Shown here: piece after piece, positions 38,500 to 48,041 of the stretch
Layout of the letters: each line of letters starts with the position of its first letter
Numbering within the stretch: the stretch's first letter is position 1
From: an uncultured Candidatus Binatia bacterium
Lineage (GTDB): Bacteria > Desulfobacterota > Binatia > UBA9968 > JAJDTQ01
Length of the DNA: 64,000 bases
Assembly (NCBI GenBank): GCA_965215605.1
Contig: OZ244070.1
Span: 2,688,001 to 2,752,000, forward strand
Reading direction: 5' to 3'
The notes under the pieces: generated by a model
Database searches by the model: none
Told to the model about the DNA's origin: nothing
The model's input: only the letters and a program-made list of their open reading frames with translations
Program-made: the position numbers and the translations under genes

Positions 38500-41400
38500 C
38501 TACGAGAACTTCTTTGCCGTTCCGGTTCTGCCGTCCGGCGTCATGTCCACAGCCGCCACTCTTCCAGCCATGACGCGTTGACTTCTCGCCGGTAATATCA
38601 TGTTCATTCGTTGGTTCCGGCGACGCTGCTCGTAGAGGGCAAGCGCGTGCAGGGGGAAATACTGGCGGTAGAGCACGTAATCCAGGAGCGCCGTTCGAAA
38701 AAAAACGCCGGCCATGTCCTGCTTGGGCCAAGTCCCGTCTGCTTCCTGCGTATCAAGCAGGAAGCCGGCACCCCGGGAAATCGCGGCCCAGTCTGTTGTG
38801 CCCGCCTCGAGGAGCGCTATCAGCGCCCACGCGGTCTGTATGACCTGGCTTTCCTGATGCGGGACGTAGCGACCGCTCAGGCAGCCGCTGTGGTGTTCGC
38901 CCCATCCCCCGTCTTGCTGCTGGCGCTCCAGCAGCCAGCGGCAAGACGCGCGCAGCGCCGGATCGCTTGGACCGGCCCGGTCCGAAACAAGGCCCCTGAT
39001 GCCGAAAAGGGTGCCGTAGATGTACTGTACCCCCCATACGCCGCGCCAACTGCCGTCAGCCATCTGGTGCCGTCGCAACCACAAGACGCCCCGGGCGATG
39101 GAGTCGGCAACCACCGACCTGTCGCCAATTTCGGGAAATCGATCCCGGCAGACAGCCAGCGCCGCGATACAAGACGCGGTACACTCGACAAAAGAACGCT
39201 CGGTCATCGATTCGCCGAACATCTCTGCAGGATTCAAGCGCTCCAGATCAATTGCCGAGCGCCTGGCCTCATAACTGCCGAAGCCGCCGTCGGGGTTCTG
39301 GCTTCGCAACATAAAGCCAATCGCTTCGCTGAGGACGGACGGGTCCGTGTCGTCTCCGTGGGCGGCGACGAGTCCGAGCACCGCCTCCGCCGTGCAGTCA
39401 CTCACCGGCCAGCCATGCCACCCGCCAGCGAAGCACCAGCCGCCTTTGGGGTCAGCGCGGTAGGCTTCACGAAACCGCTCAAAGCTGGTCTTGATCTGTT
39501 CGCCGAGCAGAAAATCGGCGCCGCGCTGGAGCGCATCCCGAACACGGTCCGTCTCAGGCATGGTAGCCAGAGCCTGCAGCACGAACCCGGTATCCCACGA
39601 AGCGCTTCTTGCTCCGGTGACCCGCAAGCCGTCGTCTTCGTCTTCCCATATCCAGGAACCCATTTTCGATAGCGCCCGTCGGCAATCGGTATCGTCCGGA
39701 TCGTGCAGCCACAGCGCCAGAATGTTGAGAATGCCGCTGACCGGAGAGATGCTCGTATGGCCGGTGGTCTGCAGTTCCCATCTGATCTGCCCGAGAATTG
39801 TATCCATGCACCGTGTGCGCAGGTGTTTGCTGTGGAACCGCTCGACCAGCCGTGCAAATCCATATCCGAGCCTGAGCCAGACGGACGGCCTTGCAAAAAG
39901 ATCGGCGTCCCGAAGCCGGTTCCTGGCGGCGAGAAAATCGGCCCTGGCAAAACCTTGCGGATAAAGCTCTTCCCGCAACGCGGCGATAACTGGTGTGACG
40001 GGCACCTGGAACCGGCGGGCATAAATCGACGCCATCGCCATATAGAGGAGCCGTGTATGGCAGTACCAGTTGGAGGGATGCAGCGGTATCTTCCGCGGCA
40101 GGCTCCACAATTCCGGCAGAACAGCGTTCACGCCGTTCCAATCATAAAGATTAAGGAGCGCCAGCCATAATTTTCCCCAGCTCGGAATGCCGAGAATCCC
40201 CTCGGCCTGAATGAACCGCCGGGCCGGCGCGATCAGGGGGTCATCCGGCAATACACCGAGCAGCCGCGCCGCGACATAAACGAGGGCGGTGACGAACAGA
40301 TGGGGCGACGAATGCTCGTGCAGGCCCCATGAACCGTCCTGGAGACGAGTCCTCTCAAACGAGCGCAGCACCCGGCGCCGCTTTCCCGGATCGAGCGGCT
40401 GGCCGATGATGTGGTGGAGCAGTACGTATTGCGCCGTGAGCATGGGACACCAGACCATCTCGCCTTCCCAGTCGCCGTCCTCTCTCTGCAGTTGCACGAG
40501 GCATTGGGCGGCGCTGTCCAGCGCCGGGCCGGCATCGGGCGAATCGACCTCTCCGGCGCGGGCAGGCCGCTCCGATTCGGTTTTCGAAGGGATGGAATAG
40601 GGGAATGCCCGTCGTAGGTGCTCTCGCGCATTCGCGCTTTCCTCCCTTCCTTCCCTGGTCGCCTCCCTCAACTGGCGGATGCCGAGCAGCAACCACCAAA
40701 GGCGAGCAGCCAACGCGCGAAAGTTCACCAACATCCGACGCCATGAAAGCCTGCGGATGGAGAAGGTTATCTCCCGGCTCATTGCCCGCGCGACAGTTTC
40801 GCAAAAGGAGAAAACCGTCATTGACATGGACAAGTCTTCGCAGGCAAGTATCCGCATGGTCCGGTCCCGATACCCCGAATTCGCTCGCCAGCCCTGGTAA
40901 ACGGCCTTTCTGAGCATAGCCGATTCGGTGCGGTAATCGCCCAACACCTCATAAAGCCCCATGGCAAGGAACTCGGGAACACGGGTCGCCTGGAACCGCT
41001 CTGCGGTGAATTGCTGGAAGTCCTCGCTTTTGGAGAGCGCCAGCGCATCGCCGAAGCCGAGAGTCATGCCGACTGCCGTCATGGGATGATAGTGTCCGGC
41101 GGCATCGCCGATAAGCACCCGGCGCGGGCTCCCGTACGTGACACGCGGTCTCAATTGGTTGGGGGCGGCATGGAATCGCCTGACGTGCAGCGCTTCGACG
41201 AAGGCTGGCCCGAGATATCCCGGAAGCAGCTTGCCATAGGATTCAGACAAGAAACTTATCCAGTCCTTGGAATTCCAGCAGTCCAATGGGACATCCACGT
41301 TGACCCGGACGGAGCCGTTCGCAAGTCCGTAAATGAAAATTGGACCCGGCCCGCCCAGAACCACATGTCCGTATCCTTCAAACGGCAGGTCGGCGTCGTG

Positions 41401-41955
41401 TAACGTCACCCCGAGCATCCGCGAACAGAGCATCGGGTCCATGGAATATCCCAAGGATCTGCGCACGATCGAAGCGCGGCCGTCGGCGCCGATAATTCGG
41501 TCGACATTTATGGCGCATTCCGAGGCGTTTTTCGAGAAGGTGATCCGTTCGTCTTCAACGACCTTGACCCGCGCGTGGGAAATGAAATCGACATTGGCCT
41601 CGTTCTCTATGACCTCGCGGAGGCTTGAAACGAGCAGCGCGTGGTCGCATACCAGACCCCGTGAACCGTCTGGATAAGGAAGCAGGATCGGGTCGGAGTC
41701 GTCGTCGGGCAGCACCACGAAACCGACGCCCGACTTGCTGCCGGAAAGCGTGTCGACATCAATCCCGATGTCACGCAACAACTTCACTGCCGGCGGATGC
41801 AACCATTCGCCTGCAAGGCGTTTAGACGCTTTCGGATTCGCTTCGAGCAGGGCCACCTTAACGCCCTTGCGCGCAAGGACAATTGCGCACACGCTTCCCA
41901 CCGGTCCCGCGCCGACAATGGCGGCATCATACTTCAGCACCGAGTCAGCCCTCAT
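38500..41955 (-). CDS. Squalene epoxidase-oxidosqualene cyclase fusion
   Basis: GAGPVG, GEWLHP, GADG, GDAAGHYHPMTAVGMT followed in frame by WYCHTR, VSDCTAE and several QxxDGxW repeats. Confidence 0.9.
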   Translation of the reverse strand: MRADSVLKYDAAIVGAGPVGSVCAIVLARKGVKVALLEANPKASKRLAGEWLHPPAVKLLRDIGIDVDTLSGSKSGVGFVVLPDDDSDPILLPYPDGSRGLVCDHALLVSSLREVIENEANVDFISHARVKVVEDERITFSKNASECAINVDRIIGADGRASIVRRSLGYSMDPMLCSRMLGVTLHDADLPFEGYGHVVLGGPGPIFIYGLANGSVRVNVDVPLDCWNSKDWISFLSESYGKLLPGYLGPAFVEALHVRRFHAAPNQLRPRVTYGSPRRVLIGDAAGHYHPMTAVGMTLGFGDALALSKSEDFQQFTAERFQATRVPEFLAMGLYEVLGDYRTESAMLRKAVYQGWRANSGYRDRTMRILACEDLSMSMTVFSFCETVARAMSREITFSIRRLSWRRMLVNFRALAARLWWLLLGIRQLREATREGREESANAREHLRRAFPYSIPSKTESERPARAGEVDSPDAGPALDSAAQCLVQLQREDGDWEGEMVWCPMLTAQYVLLHHIIGQPLDPGKRRRVLRSFERTRLQDGSWGLHEHSSPHLFVTALVYVAARLLGVLPDDPLIAPARRFIQAEGILGIPSWGKLWLALLNLYDWNGVNAVLPELWSLPRKIPLHPSNWYCHTRLLYMAMASIYARRFQVPVTPVIAALREELYPQGFARADFLAARNRLRDADLFARPSVWLRLGYGFARLVERFHSKHLRTRCMDTILGQIRWELQTTGHTSISPVSGILNILALWLHDPDDTDCRRALSKMGSWIWEDEDDGLRVTGARSASWDTGFVLQALATMPETDRVRDALQRGADFLLGEQIKTSFERFREAYRADPKGGWCFAGGWHGWPVSDCTAEAVLGLVAAHGDDTDPSVLSEAIGFMLRSQNPDGGFGSYEARRSAIDLERLNPAEMFGESMTERSFVECTASCIAALAVCRDRFPEIGDRSVVADSIARGVLWLRRHQMADGSWRGVWGVQYIYGTLFGIRGLVSDRAGPSDPALRASCRWLLERQQQDGGWGEHHSGCLSGRYVPHQESQVIQTAWALIALLEAGTTDWAAISRGAGFLLDTQEADGTWPKQDMAGVFFRTALLDYVLYRQYFPLHALALYEQRRRNQRMNMILPARSQRVMAGRVAAVDMTPDGRTGTAKKFS

Positions 41956-42298
41956 CAAAAGGCGCTGAGTGCAGCGCGGCGGCGGTTGTGGAGGGCAGGT
42001 CGCCGTCCTGGATCGAGAGCAGGAACGTTTCCGGACCCTCGATCTCGTCATCATACTCGGTGGGAATAGAGAAGCGGTACCGGGGCCACCCCGCCGGGAT
42101 AGTCACCGTGTAGGGGCCGCCCGTGTAGTCCCCTTGTTCCGACGCGGTCTGGTCCGTGTTCACCAAGGTAACAGTTGTATTCGTGATCCGAGGCCACGAG
42201 AACATCAGTTTCCAGCTCGAGCACCTCGCCTTTGGCCACCGAGTTGGTGTTGTCCAGATACGCAACACGCTTTTCGGGTCACTTCCCGTACCGGACAC
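41945..42298 (-). pseudogene. Calx-beta domain fragment, probably frameshifted
   Basis: TASEQGDYTGGPYTVTIPAG...FSIPTEYDDEIEGPETFLLSI; upstream part of the ORF does not look protein-like. Confidence 0.65.
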
Positions 42299-42687
42299 CG
42301 TATTGTATTGGTGTCAGCCCGGCCGGATCGGGCCGAATGCCGCTTAACCTATGAGTTTTGGGGTGTGCTCCTGCGTATTCACTCGAGAATGAGGTCTTGT
42401 ATTTCGAAAGCGATTCCCTTATCGGGTCAACCCGCAAACCATGTTCCATGGAATACCTTGGCTATGTGAACGAAATTTGTCAAGAAAATTGATTTGAAAT
42501 ATTTGGCATCATGAGCGCCCAGAAGCGATGGCTTTCGTCTATGACGCCGACGAGGACGCTGCTCCCCAGGTCCTCTGAGGTGGTCCCGGTTTGTAGGACA
42601 GGAAGGCCACCCACCGGGTGATAACCCGCTGGGCCGCGAAGCCGTCTGAGAGTTCGTGCAGTACTACGGCATTTTGTAGCGGCGGCC

Positions 42688-43002
42688 ATGGCCCGCAATC
42701 CCGGGAAAAGGCCGGATGCGCGTGCACTTCCTCCCGATCACAAACAGCCCCGCACGGCTCGTGGCGGCGAACCGGCGCTGCATGACCGCGGGACAATCGT
42801 GTGGACGTTCAGCATCGTGGATCAGGATGGACCTTGGGGTTGGCGTACCGCGGCCGCTCCGGCGTGGTGGGGAGAGATCCTGCCCAAGCTTCAGGACTTC
42901 GAATCGATGACGTGGGCTGAGATTATGCAGGTCGCCGGCGGACGAGCGAGAGGCAACAACAGTCACTTCGTGCAGGCAGAAAGATTGACCAGGCAAGCTT
43001 GA
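42688..43002 (+). pseudogene. Hypothetical protein, likely C-terminally truncated (possible toxin-antitoxin remnant)
   Basis: DGPWGW...ILPKLQDFESMTWAEI...NSHFV ends abruptly 35 nt from the tRNA 3' end. Confidence 0.4.
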
Positions 43003-43037
43003 AACCCGCCCTTCCTACGGCGTCGTCCTGAGGATTG

Positions 43038-43124
43038 TGGTGCGAGGAGGGGGACTTGAACCCCCACGCCATTGCTGGCACTAGCCCCTCAAGCTAGCGC
43101 GTCTGCCTATTCCGCCATCCTCGC
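43038..43124 (-). tRNA. tRNA-Leu(GAG)
   Basis: GCGAGGA/TCCTCGC acceptor stem, CTAGC-TTGAGGG-GCTAG anticodon arm, long variable arm, GGTTCAAGTCC, CCA end; downstream of secG. Confidence 0.97.
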
Positions 43125-43145
43125 ACACATCTCGGTGGGCATCGT

Positions 43146-43493
43146 TCATGGAGAAGCCGGTTGTGCCGGCGGTTGCTCGGGACTCTCCGCCGCGGGTGGG
43201 TCGGCCGGGGCCGGCGCCGTCTGGGTTTGAGGGGCCACGGTTTCAAAGATGCTCGATACCGGATCCTGCTCGGCGAAGTACCCCAGGGTCAGACTGGTCA
43301 GCATGAACACCACGGCCATGCCGGTGGTCACCCGGGTCAGGAGATTGCCCGCGCCGCTGCCGCCGAAGACGGTGGTGCTGGCGCCTCCGCCGAAAGCGGC
43401 GCCCATGTCGGTTCCCTTGCCGGTTTGCAGCAGGACCACGACGATGAGTCCGAGGCAAACCAGAACGTGAACGGTCGTCACCAGGATGATCAT
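43146..43493 (-). CDS. secG: Preprotein translocase subunit SecG
   Basis: VLLQTGKG..GAAFGGG...LTRVT; overlaps tpiA stop. Confidence 0.95.
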   Translation of the reverse strand: MIILVTTVHVLVCLGLIVVVLLQTGKGTDMGAAFGGGASTTVFGGSGAGNLLTRVTTGMAVVFMLTSLTLGYFAEQDPVSSIFETVAPQTQTAPAPADPPAAESPEQPPAQPASP

Positions 43494-44278
43494 GCGTCCT
43501 CTATCCGTGGGGTGTCGTTCGCCGCGAATGCGTTCACGATGGCGGCAAAGCTCCGTGGGTCGAGACTGGCGCCCCCCACGAGGACCCCGTCGACTTCCGC
43601 CACCGCGGCCAGCTCGGGCGAGTTGTGGGGGTTTACGCTGCCCCCGTACAGAATCGGTATCTCCCGCGCGATCTCTCCCCCGAGCCTGCGTGCCAGTCCT
43701 TGCCGTATCCAGCCGTGGGCTTCGGCGACCTGCGCCGGGGCGGCGTTCTTTCCGGTGCCGATGGCCCACACCGGTTCATACGCTACCGTGAGAAATTCAT
43801 TAACACTTTTCGAAACACCCTTCAACGCGCCCGACAGTTGCGTGGACAGGACCCGGCGCATGCGCCCGGCGCGGCGTTCCTGGAGGGTCTCCCCGATGCA
43901 CAGGATGGGTTTCAGGGACGCTTCCAGGGCGGCGGCGAGCTTCCGTCCGATGTCCCGGTCGGTCTCGCCGAAGAGGCGCCGTCGCTCGGAATGGCCCACG
44001 ATCACGTGGCTGCAGCCCGCGTCCCTCAGCATGCCCGCCCCGACTTCGCCGGTGAACGCCCCCTGGGGCTGCCAGTAAAGGTTCTGCGCGGACAGGAGCA
44101 GGGGGCTTCCCTTGAGCGCCCGGCGCACGGTTTCGAGGGAGGTGAAGGGCGGCGCCAGCACCACCTCGACGGCGGGGGAGCGGTTGCCCACCAGGCGCCG
44201 CACGCCGCGCGCCAGCGCCAGCGCCTCGGCCTGGGTACCGTGCATCTTCCAGTTGGCTATGACCGTGGGCCTTGCCAT
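43490..44278 (-). CDS. tpiA: Triosephosphate isomerase
   Basis: NWKM, GHSERR, AYEPVWAIGTG, YGGSV, VGGAS. Confidence 0.98.
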   Translation of the reverse strand: MARPTVIANWKMHGTQAEALALARGVRRLVGNRSPAVEVVLAPPFTSLETVRRALKGSPLLLSAQNLYWQPQGAFTGEVGAGMLRDAGCSHVIVGHSERRRLFGETDRDIGRKLAAALEASLKPILCIGETLQERRAGRMRRVLSTQLSGALKGVSKSVNEFLTVAYEPVWAIGTGKNAAPAQVAEAHGWIRQGLARRLGGEIAREIPILYGGSVNPHNSPELAAVAEVDGVLVGGASLDPRSFAAIVNAFAANDTPRIEDA

Positions 44279-44293
44279 GGGTCGAAACGTCCT

Positions 44294-45481
44294 TCAGACG
44301 GCGCGGCCGTCTTCCAGCGCCCTTACGCCGGGAAGGGTCTTGCCCTCGAGAAATTCCAGCGCGGCGCCCCCTCCGGTGGACAGGTGGGTCATGTCGTCCG
44401 CAACTCCCGCAAGCCGCACGGCCGCCACCGTGTCGCCGCCCGCGATGACGGCGGCCGCCTCCGAGGCCGCCAGGGCCACGGCCACGGCCACGGTCCCGTG
44501 GCTGAACGGTTCCCGCTCGAACAGCCCCAGCGGGCCGTTCCACAGGACGATGGCCGTGTTTCCGAGTCTGTCGGCGAAGAGGGCCGCCGTCTCGGGACCG
44601 ATGTCCAGCCCGATGGCGTTTTCGGGGATATCCATGCCGGCCGTGACGGAGGGGTCGCCGGCGTCGATGTCGCCGGCGGTGACGTGGTCCACGGGCAGCA
44701 CGAACGGGACCCCGGCCGTCTCCGCCTCCGCCATGATCTCCCGGGCGACGGCGATGCAGTCCTTCTCCAGCAAGGACCGGCCCACGGCCACGCCTCGGGC
44801 GCTCAGGAACGTGTACGCCATGGCGCCGCCGACCATGATGAGGTCCACCCGGGGAATCAGGTTCCTGAGGATGCCGATCTTGTCCGAAACCTTGGCGCCG
44901 CCGAGGATGGCGGCCACCGGGCGTTCCGGCGCGCTCAGGATGCGCGACAGGTAGTCCACCTCCTGGTGGAACAGGAAACCCGCGCCTTTCTCCCGGAAGT
45001 GCCGGGCCATGCCGGCGGTGGAGGCGTGCGCCCGATGCGCGGCGCCGAAGGCGTCGTTGACGTAGACATCGGCCAGGCCCGCCAGCTCTGCCGCGAATTC
45101 CGGGTCGTTGGCTTCCTCGCCGGAGTGAAACCGCAGGTTCTCCAGCAGCAGGATACCGGCTCTCTGGGGGTCCGCGAGCAGTTGCCGGACTCCGGGGCCC
45201 ACGCAGTCCGGGGCGAGCCGCACGGGGCAGGACAGCGTCCGCTCCAGATAGCGTTGCACCGGCGCCAGGCTCCAACGGGGATCGCGCGTCCCGCCGGGAC
45301 GGCCCAGGTGGGAGGCGATGACGAGGCGGCGGGCCTTTTCCAGCAGGAATTCGATGGTGGGGAGCGCGCTGTCGATGCGGTGGGCCTCGGTGATGCCGCC
45401 GTCGGTCAGCGGCACGTTGAAGTCCACCCGAAGAAATACGGTTTTCCCCTCCAGATCCAGTTCCGAAACGCTGCGGAGCAT
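44294..45481 (-). CDS. pgk: Phosphoglycerate kinase
   Basis: RVDFNVP, SHLGRP, LLENLRF, GGAKVSDK, STGGGA. Confidence 0.98.
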   Translation of the reverse strand: MLRSVSELDLEGKTVFLRVDFNVPLTDGGITEAHRIDSALPTIEFLLEKARRLVIASHLGRPGGTRDPRWSLAPVQRYLERTLSCPVRLAPDCVGPGVRQLLADPQRAGILLLENLRFHSGEEANDPEFAAELAGLADVYVNDAFGAAHRAHASTAGMARHFREKGAGFLFHQEVDYLSRILSAPERPVAAILGGAKVSDKIGILRNLIPRVDLIMVGGAMAYTFLSARGVAVGRSLLEKDCIAVAREIMAEAETAGVPFVLPVDHVTAGDIDAGDPSVTAGMDIPENAIGLDIGPETAALFADRLGNTAIVLWNGPLGLFEREPFSHGTVAVAVALAASEAAAVIAGGDTVAAVRLAGVADDMTHLSTGGGAALEFLEGKTLPGVRALEDGRAV

Positions 45482-45617
45482 GAGTTCGCGGGTCCTTGTC
45501 GATCCGCACGACCGGCGACCGGGGCCGCTGCGGGTCACGGGGTCTGGGCGGGACCAATTGACTAGGAATTGACTAGGTACAGCGATTATAATAACTTTTC
45601 AAGATGGCAGGGTCTTG

Positions 45618-46358
45618 ATGCTGTACTTCTCGGTTTACCAACTAGCAATCCAACCTGACGTTTTGGGAGTGCAGCAAGAGGGCATCCTCGACTTGGTCAT
45701 GGGATCGGGTCCGGTGGTCCAGTTGGTGCTCTATCTGCTGATCCTCTTCTCGGTGGCCAGTTGGGGCATCATACTCTACAAGTTCAGGCACGTACGAGAG
45801 GCCAAGGTCCAGTCCGCCCGTTTCATCGAGATCTTCTGGGAAAGCCGCAACCTGGCCGAGATACGCAAGGCCAGTCAGGAGTTGCCGGCGAGCCCGGTGG
45901 CGCAGGTCTTCACCGCCGGATACGAGGAGTTGCTTCGGGTATCCCGTAGCAATGCGGCGGAAGCGGAGGGCCTGACCACCGACCTGAGCGGGGTGGACAA
46001 CGTGACGCGGGCCATGAAACGCGCCGCCAACGTCGAGTTGACGAAGTTGGAACAGACGTTGACATTCCTGGCCACGACCTCCGGCTCGACGCCGTTCATC
46101 GGACTCTTCGGTACGGTCTGGGGCATCATGAACGCGTTCCGCGGTCTCAGCGTCACCCGGTCATCCACGATCCAGGCGGTGGCGCCGGGAATCGCCGAGG
46201 CGTTGATCGCCACGGCCGCGGGCCTGGTGGCGGCGATTCCGGCGTTGATAGCGTACAACCACTTCCTTCAGGAGATCCGGGTGTTGACCACGGAAATGGA
46301 GAACTTCACGCAGGAGTTCCTCAACATCGCCGAGCGTCACTTCACCAAGAAGTCGTAG
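45618..46358 (+). CDS. tolQ: TolQ
   Basis: PFIGLFGTVWGIM, VAPGIAEALIATA; start uncertain. Confidence 0.95.
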   Translation: MLYFSVYQLAIQPDVLGVQQEGILDLVMGSGPVVQLVLYLLILFSVASWGIILYKFRHVREAKVQSARFIEIFWESRNLAEIRKASQELPASPVAQVFTAGYEELLRVSRSNAAEAEGLTTDLSGVDNVTRAMKRAANVELTKLEQTLTFLATTSGSTPFIGLFGTVWGIMNAFRGLSVTRSSTIQAVAPGIAEALIATAAGLVAAIPALIAYNHFLQEIRVLTTEMENFTQEFLNIAERHFTKKS

Positions 46359-46384
46359 GGGCCTGTTCGGAGAAAGGCTGAAAC

Positions 46385-46804
46385 ATGGCGGCTGACGTGA
46401 GCCAGGGACGGGACAAGTTGCCGTTGTCGAACATCAACGTCACGCCCTTCGTGGACGTCATGTTGGTGTTGCTGGTCATCTTCATGGTGACGGCGCCGAT
46501 CATCCAGCAGGGCGTGGAGGTCAATCTGCCGCAAGCCAAGGCGAGTCCGGTGGCGGGCGAGGCGGACCCCTTGATCGTCACCGTCCGGAAGGACGGCCGG
46601 GTCTACTTGAACGACAACGAGATGACCCCGGCCGAGTTGGGAGCGAAGCTCCGGGCCAACCGCAGGCTGGACGCCCGGAAGCCCGTGTATCTGAGGGCGG
46701 ACCGTGACGTCCGCTACGGGTCGGTGATCGCCGCCATCGGCGAGATCAAGGACGCCGGCATCGAGAAGCTCGGCATGATGGCCATGCCCTTGAGCGATCA
46801 GTGA
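46385..46804 (+). CDS. tolR: TolR
   Basis: INVTPFVDVMLVLLVIFMVTAP. Confidence 0.95.
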   Translation: MAADVSQGRDKLPLSNINVTPFVDVMLVLLVIFMVTAPIIQQGVEVNLPQAKASPVAGEADPLIVTVRKDGRVYLNDNEMTPAELGAKLRANRRLDARKPVYLRADRDVRYGSVIAAIGEIKDAGIEKLGMMAMPLSDQ

Positions 46805-46824
46805 GGCGGACACCCGCGGAAGTC

Positions 46825-47832
46825 ATGACGGCGATGTTGCGAGGCCTTTTTGATGGAGCCGGTGGAGGATCGGGTCTCAGCCGTCTGAGGTGGTGGATCT
46901 GTTTTTCGGGCGCGCTTCATCTGGTGCTGATCGGAACGCTGCTGGTGGTGCCCACGAGCACGGCGCGCCGAGACCTCCCCATACCCGTCTACACCGTGGA
47001 TCTCGTGGCCGGCGGCGTCCCCGCGCCGCTGCCCCGGCCCGCGCCGCCCGAGCCGAAGCCGGCGCCGGTGGAGACCCTGCCGGCTCCGGAGGAAGACCAG
47101 CCGGAAGAGGCGTTCGCCGAGCCGGTGGTCCCGGAGCCGGTCAAGACCGTCAAGGCTCCGGAGAAGAAGCCGCCGCCGAAGGAGAAGATACAGGTCAAGA
47201 AACCGCCGGAGCCCAAGCTCAAGGAGGCGCCGCCGAAGAAGCCGAAGAAGAAGGTCGTCAAGCGCAAGAAGCCCGTGAAGCCCAGGAAGAAGGCTGTGGC
47301 AAAGGTGAAGCCGCGGAAGAAGAGCGCTCCGAAGGGTCCCAGGAAGGTGGTCAAGAAGCCCCCGACGAAGCTGAAACGAAGCGGCCGGGATGCGCAGGTA
47401 GTCAAGAGACTCAGGGAGACGCGCATCGAGGATGCCGTGGCCACTGCCAGAGAGCGGGCCAAGCTGAGGCGCAAGATCGGTCTGGGACAGGGCCTCGGCG
47501 CCGGTACGGGTGCCGGCGGCACCGGCACCGGCGCCGGCGGGCTCTTGAAGGGGAGGGAGTTCGTGGCCTACCTGAACCGGATGCGCGATGTCTTCAAGGA
47601 ACGCTGGACCTGGATCGGCAAGCGCAGGGACCTGGAAGCCACCGTGACCTTCGGTGTGCGCGTTGACGGGGAGATCTTCGGGCTCAAGTTGGTGGAATCC
47701 TCGGGGGACGCCACGTATGACGAGTCGGTGGTGCGAGCGGTGCGGCGTTCGGATCTGCCGCCGCCGCCACGGCCGTACGCGCGCGAGTTCGCCGAGGTCG
47801 AGTTCACTTTCCGGCCGGACCCCGAAGGCTAG
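46825..47832 (+). CDS. tolA: TolA/TonB-like protein
   Basis: TM helix with His, Pro/Lys-rich linker, SSG..YD C-terminal domain; operon position. Confidence 0.85.
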   Translation: MTAMLRGLFDGAGGGSGLSRLRWWICFSGALHLVLIGTLLVVPTSTARRDLPIPVYTVDLVAGGVPAPLPRPAPPEPKPAPVETLPAPEEDQPEEAFAEPVVPEPVKTVKAPEKKPPPKEKIQVKKPPEPKLKEAPPKKPKKKVVKRKKPVKPRKKAVAKVKPRKKSAPKGPRKVVKKPPTKLKRSGRDAQVVKRLRETRIEDAVATARERAKLRRKIGLGQGLGAGTGAGGTGTGAGGLLKGREFVAYLNRMRDVFKERWTWIGKRRDLEATVTFGVRVDGEIFGLKLVESSGDATYDESVVRAVRRSDLPPPPRPYAREFAEVEFTFRPDPEG

Positions 47833-47927
47833 TGTTACGTTCAGTAAATACGTTGACGAAGATGCGCAGGATTCGTTGTTGTCGGCAAGGCGCGATGACG
47901 AGCAGTGGCGGGAACCACGCGAACTAG
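47829..47927 (+). repeat. MITE-like repeat copy bounded by CTAG
   Basis: Near-identical core AATACGTTGACGAAGATGCGCAGGA...GGCAAGGCGCGATGACGAGCAGTGGCG with the 56686 copy. Confidence 0.85.
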
Positions 47928-48041
47928 AGAGGCGTATCGTTGGAGAAGGACCGTTTGATCATGCGGGGAAACAGCAGACCGCCACGGGCAAGAACGAGAG
48001 TGAGCCGATTCGCGCGAGGATTCGGCCGCCAGCCGAGCCGT

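Larger units (their letters stand above)
33467..43037. mobile_element. Putative degraded genomic island at the tRNA-Leu 3' end
   Basis: Visibly lower GC and many A/T-ending codons; MITE and RT debris at left, tRNA at right; no integrase or att duplication seen. Confidence 0.6.

Noticed and set aside
38500-40520. Squalene-hopene cyclase (hopanoid) call
   Set aside because: The motif is DCTAE rather than DxDD, and an epoxidase is fused.
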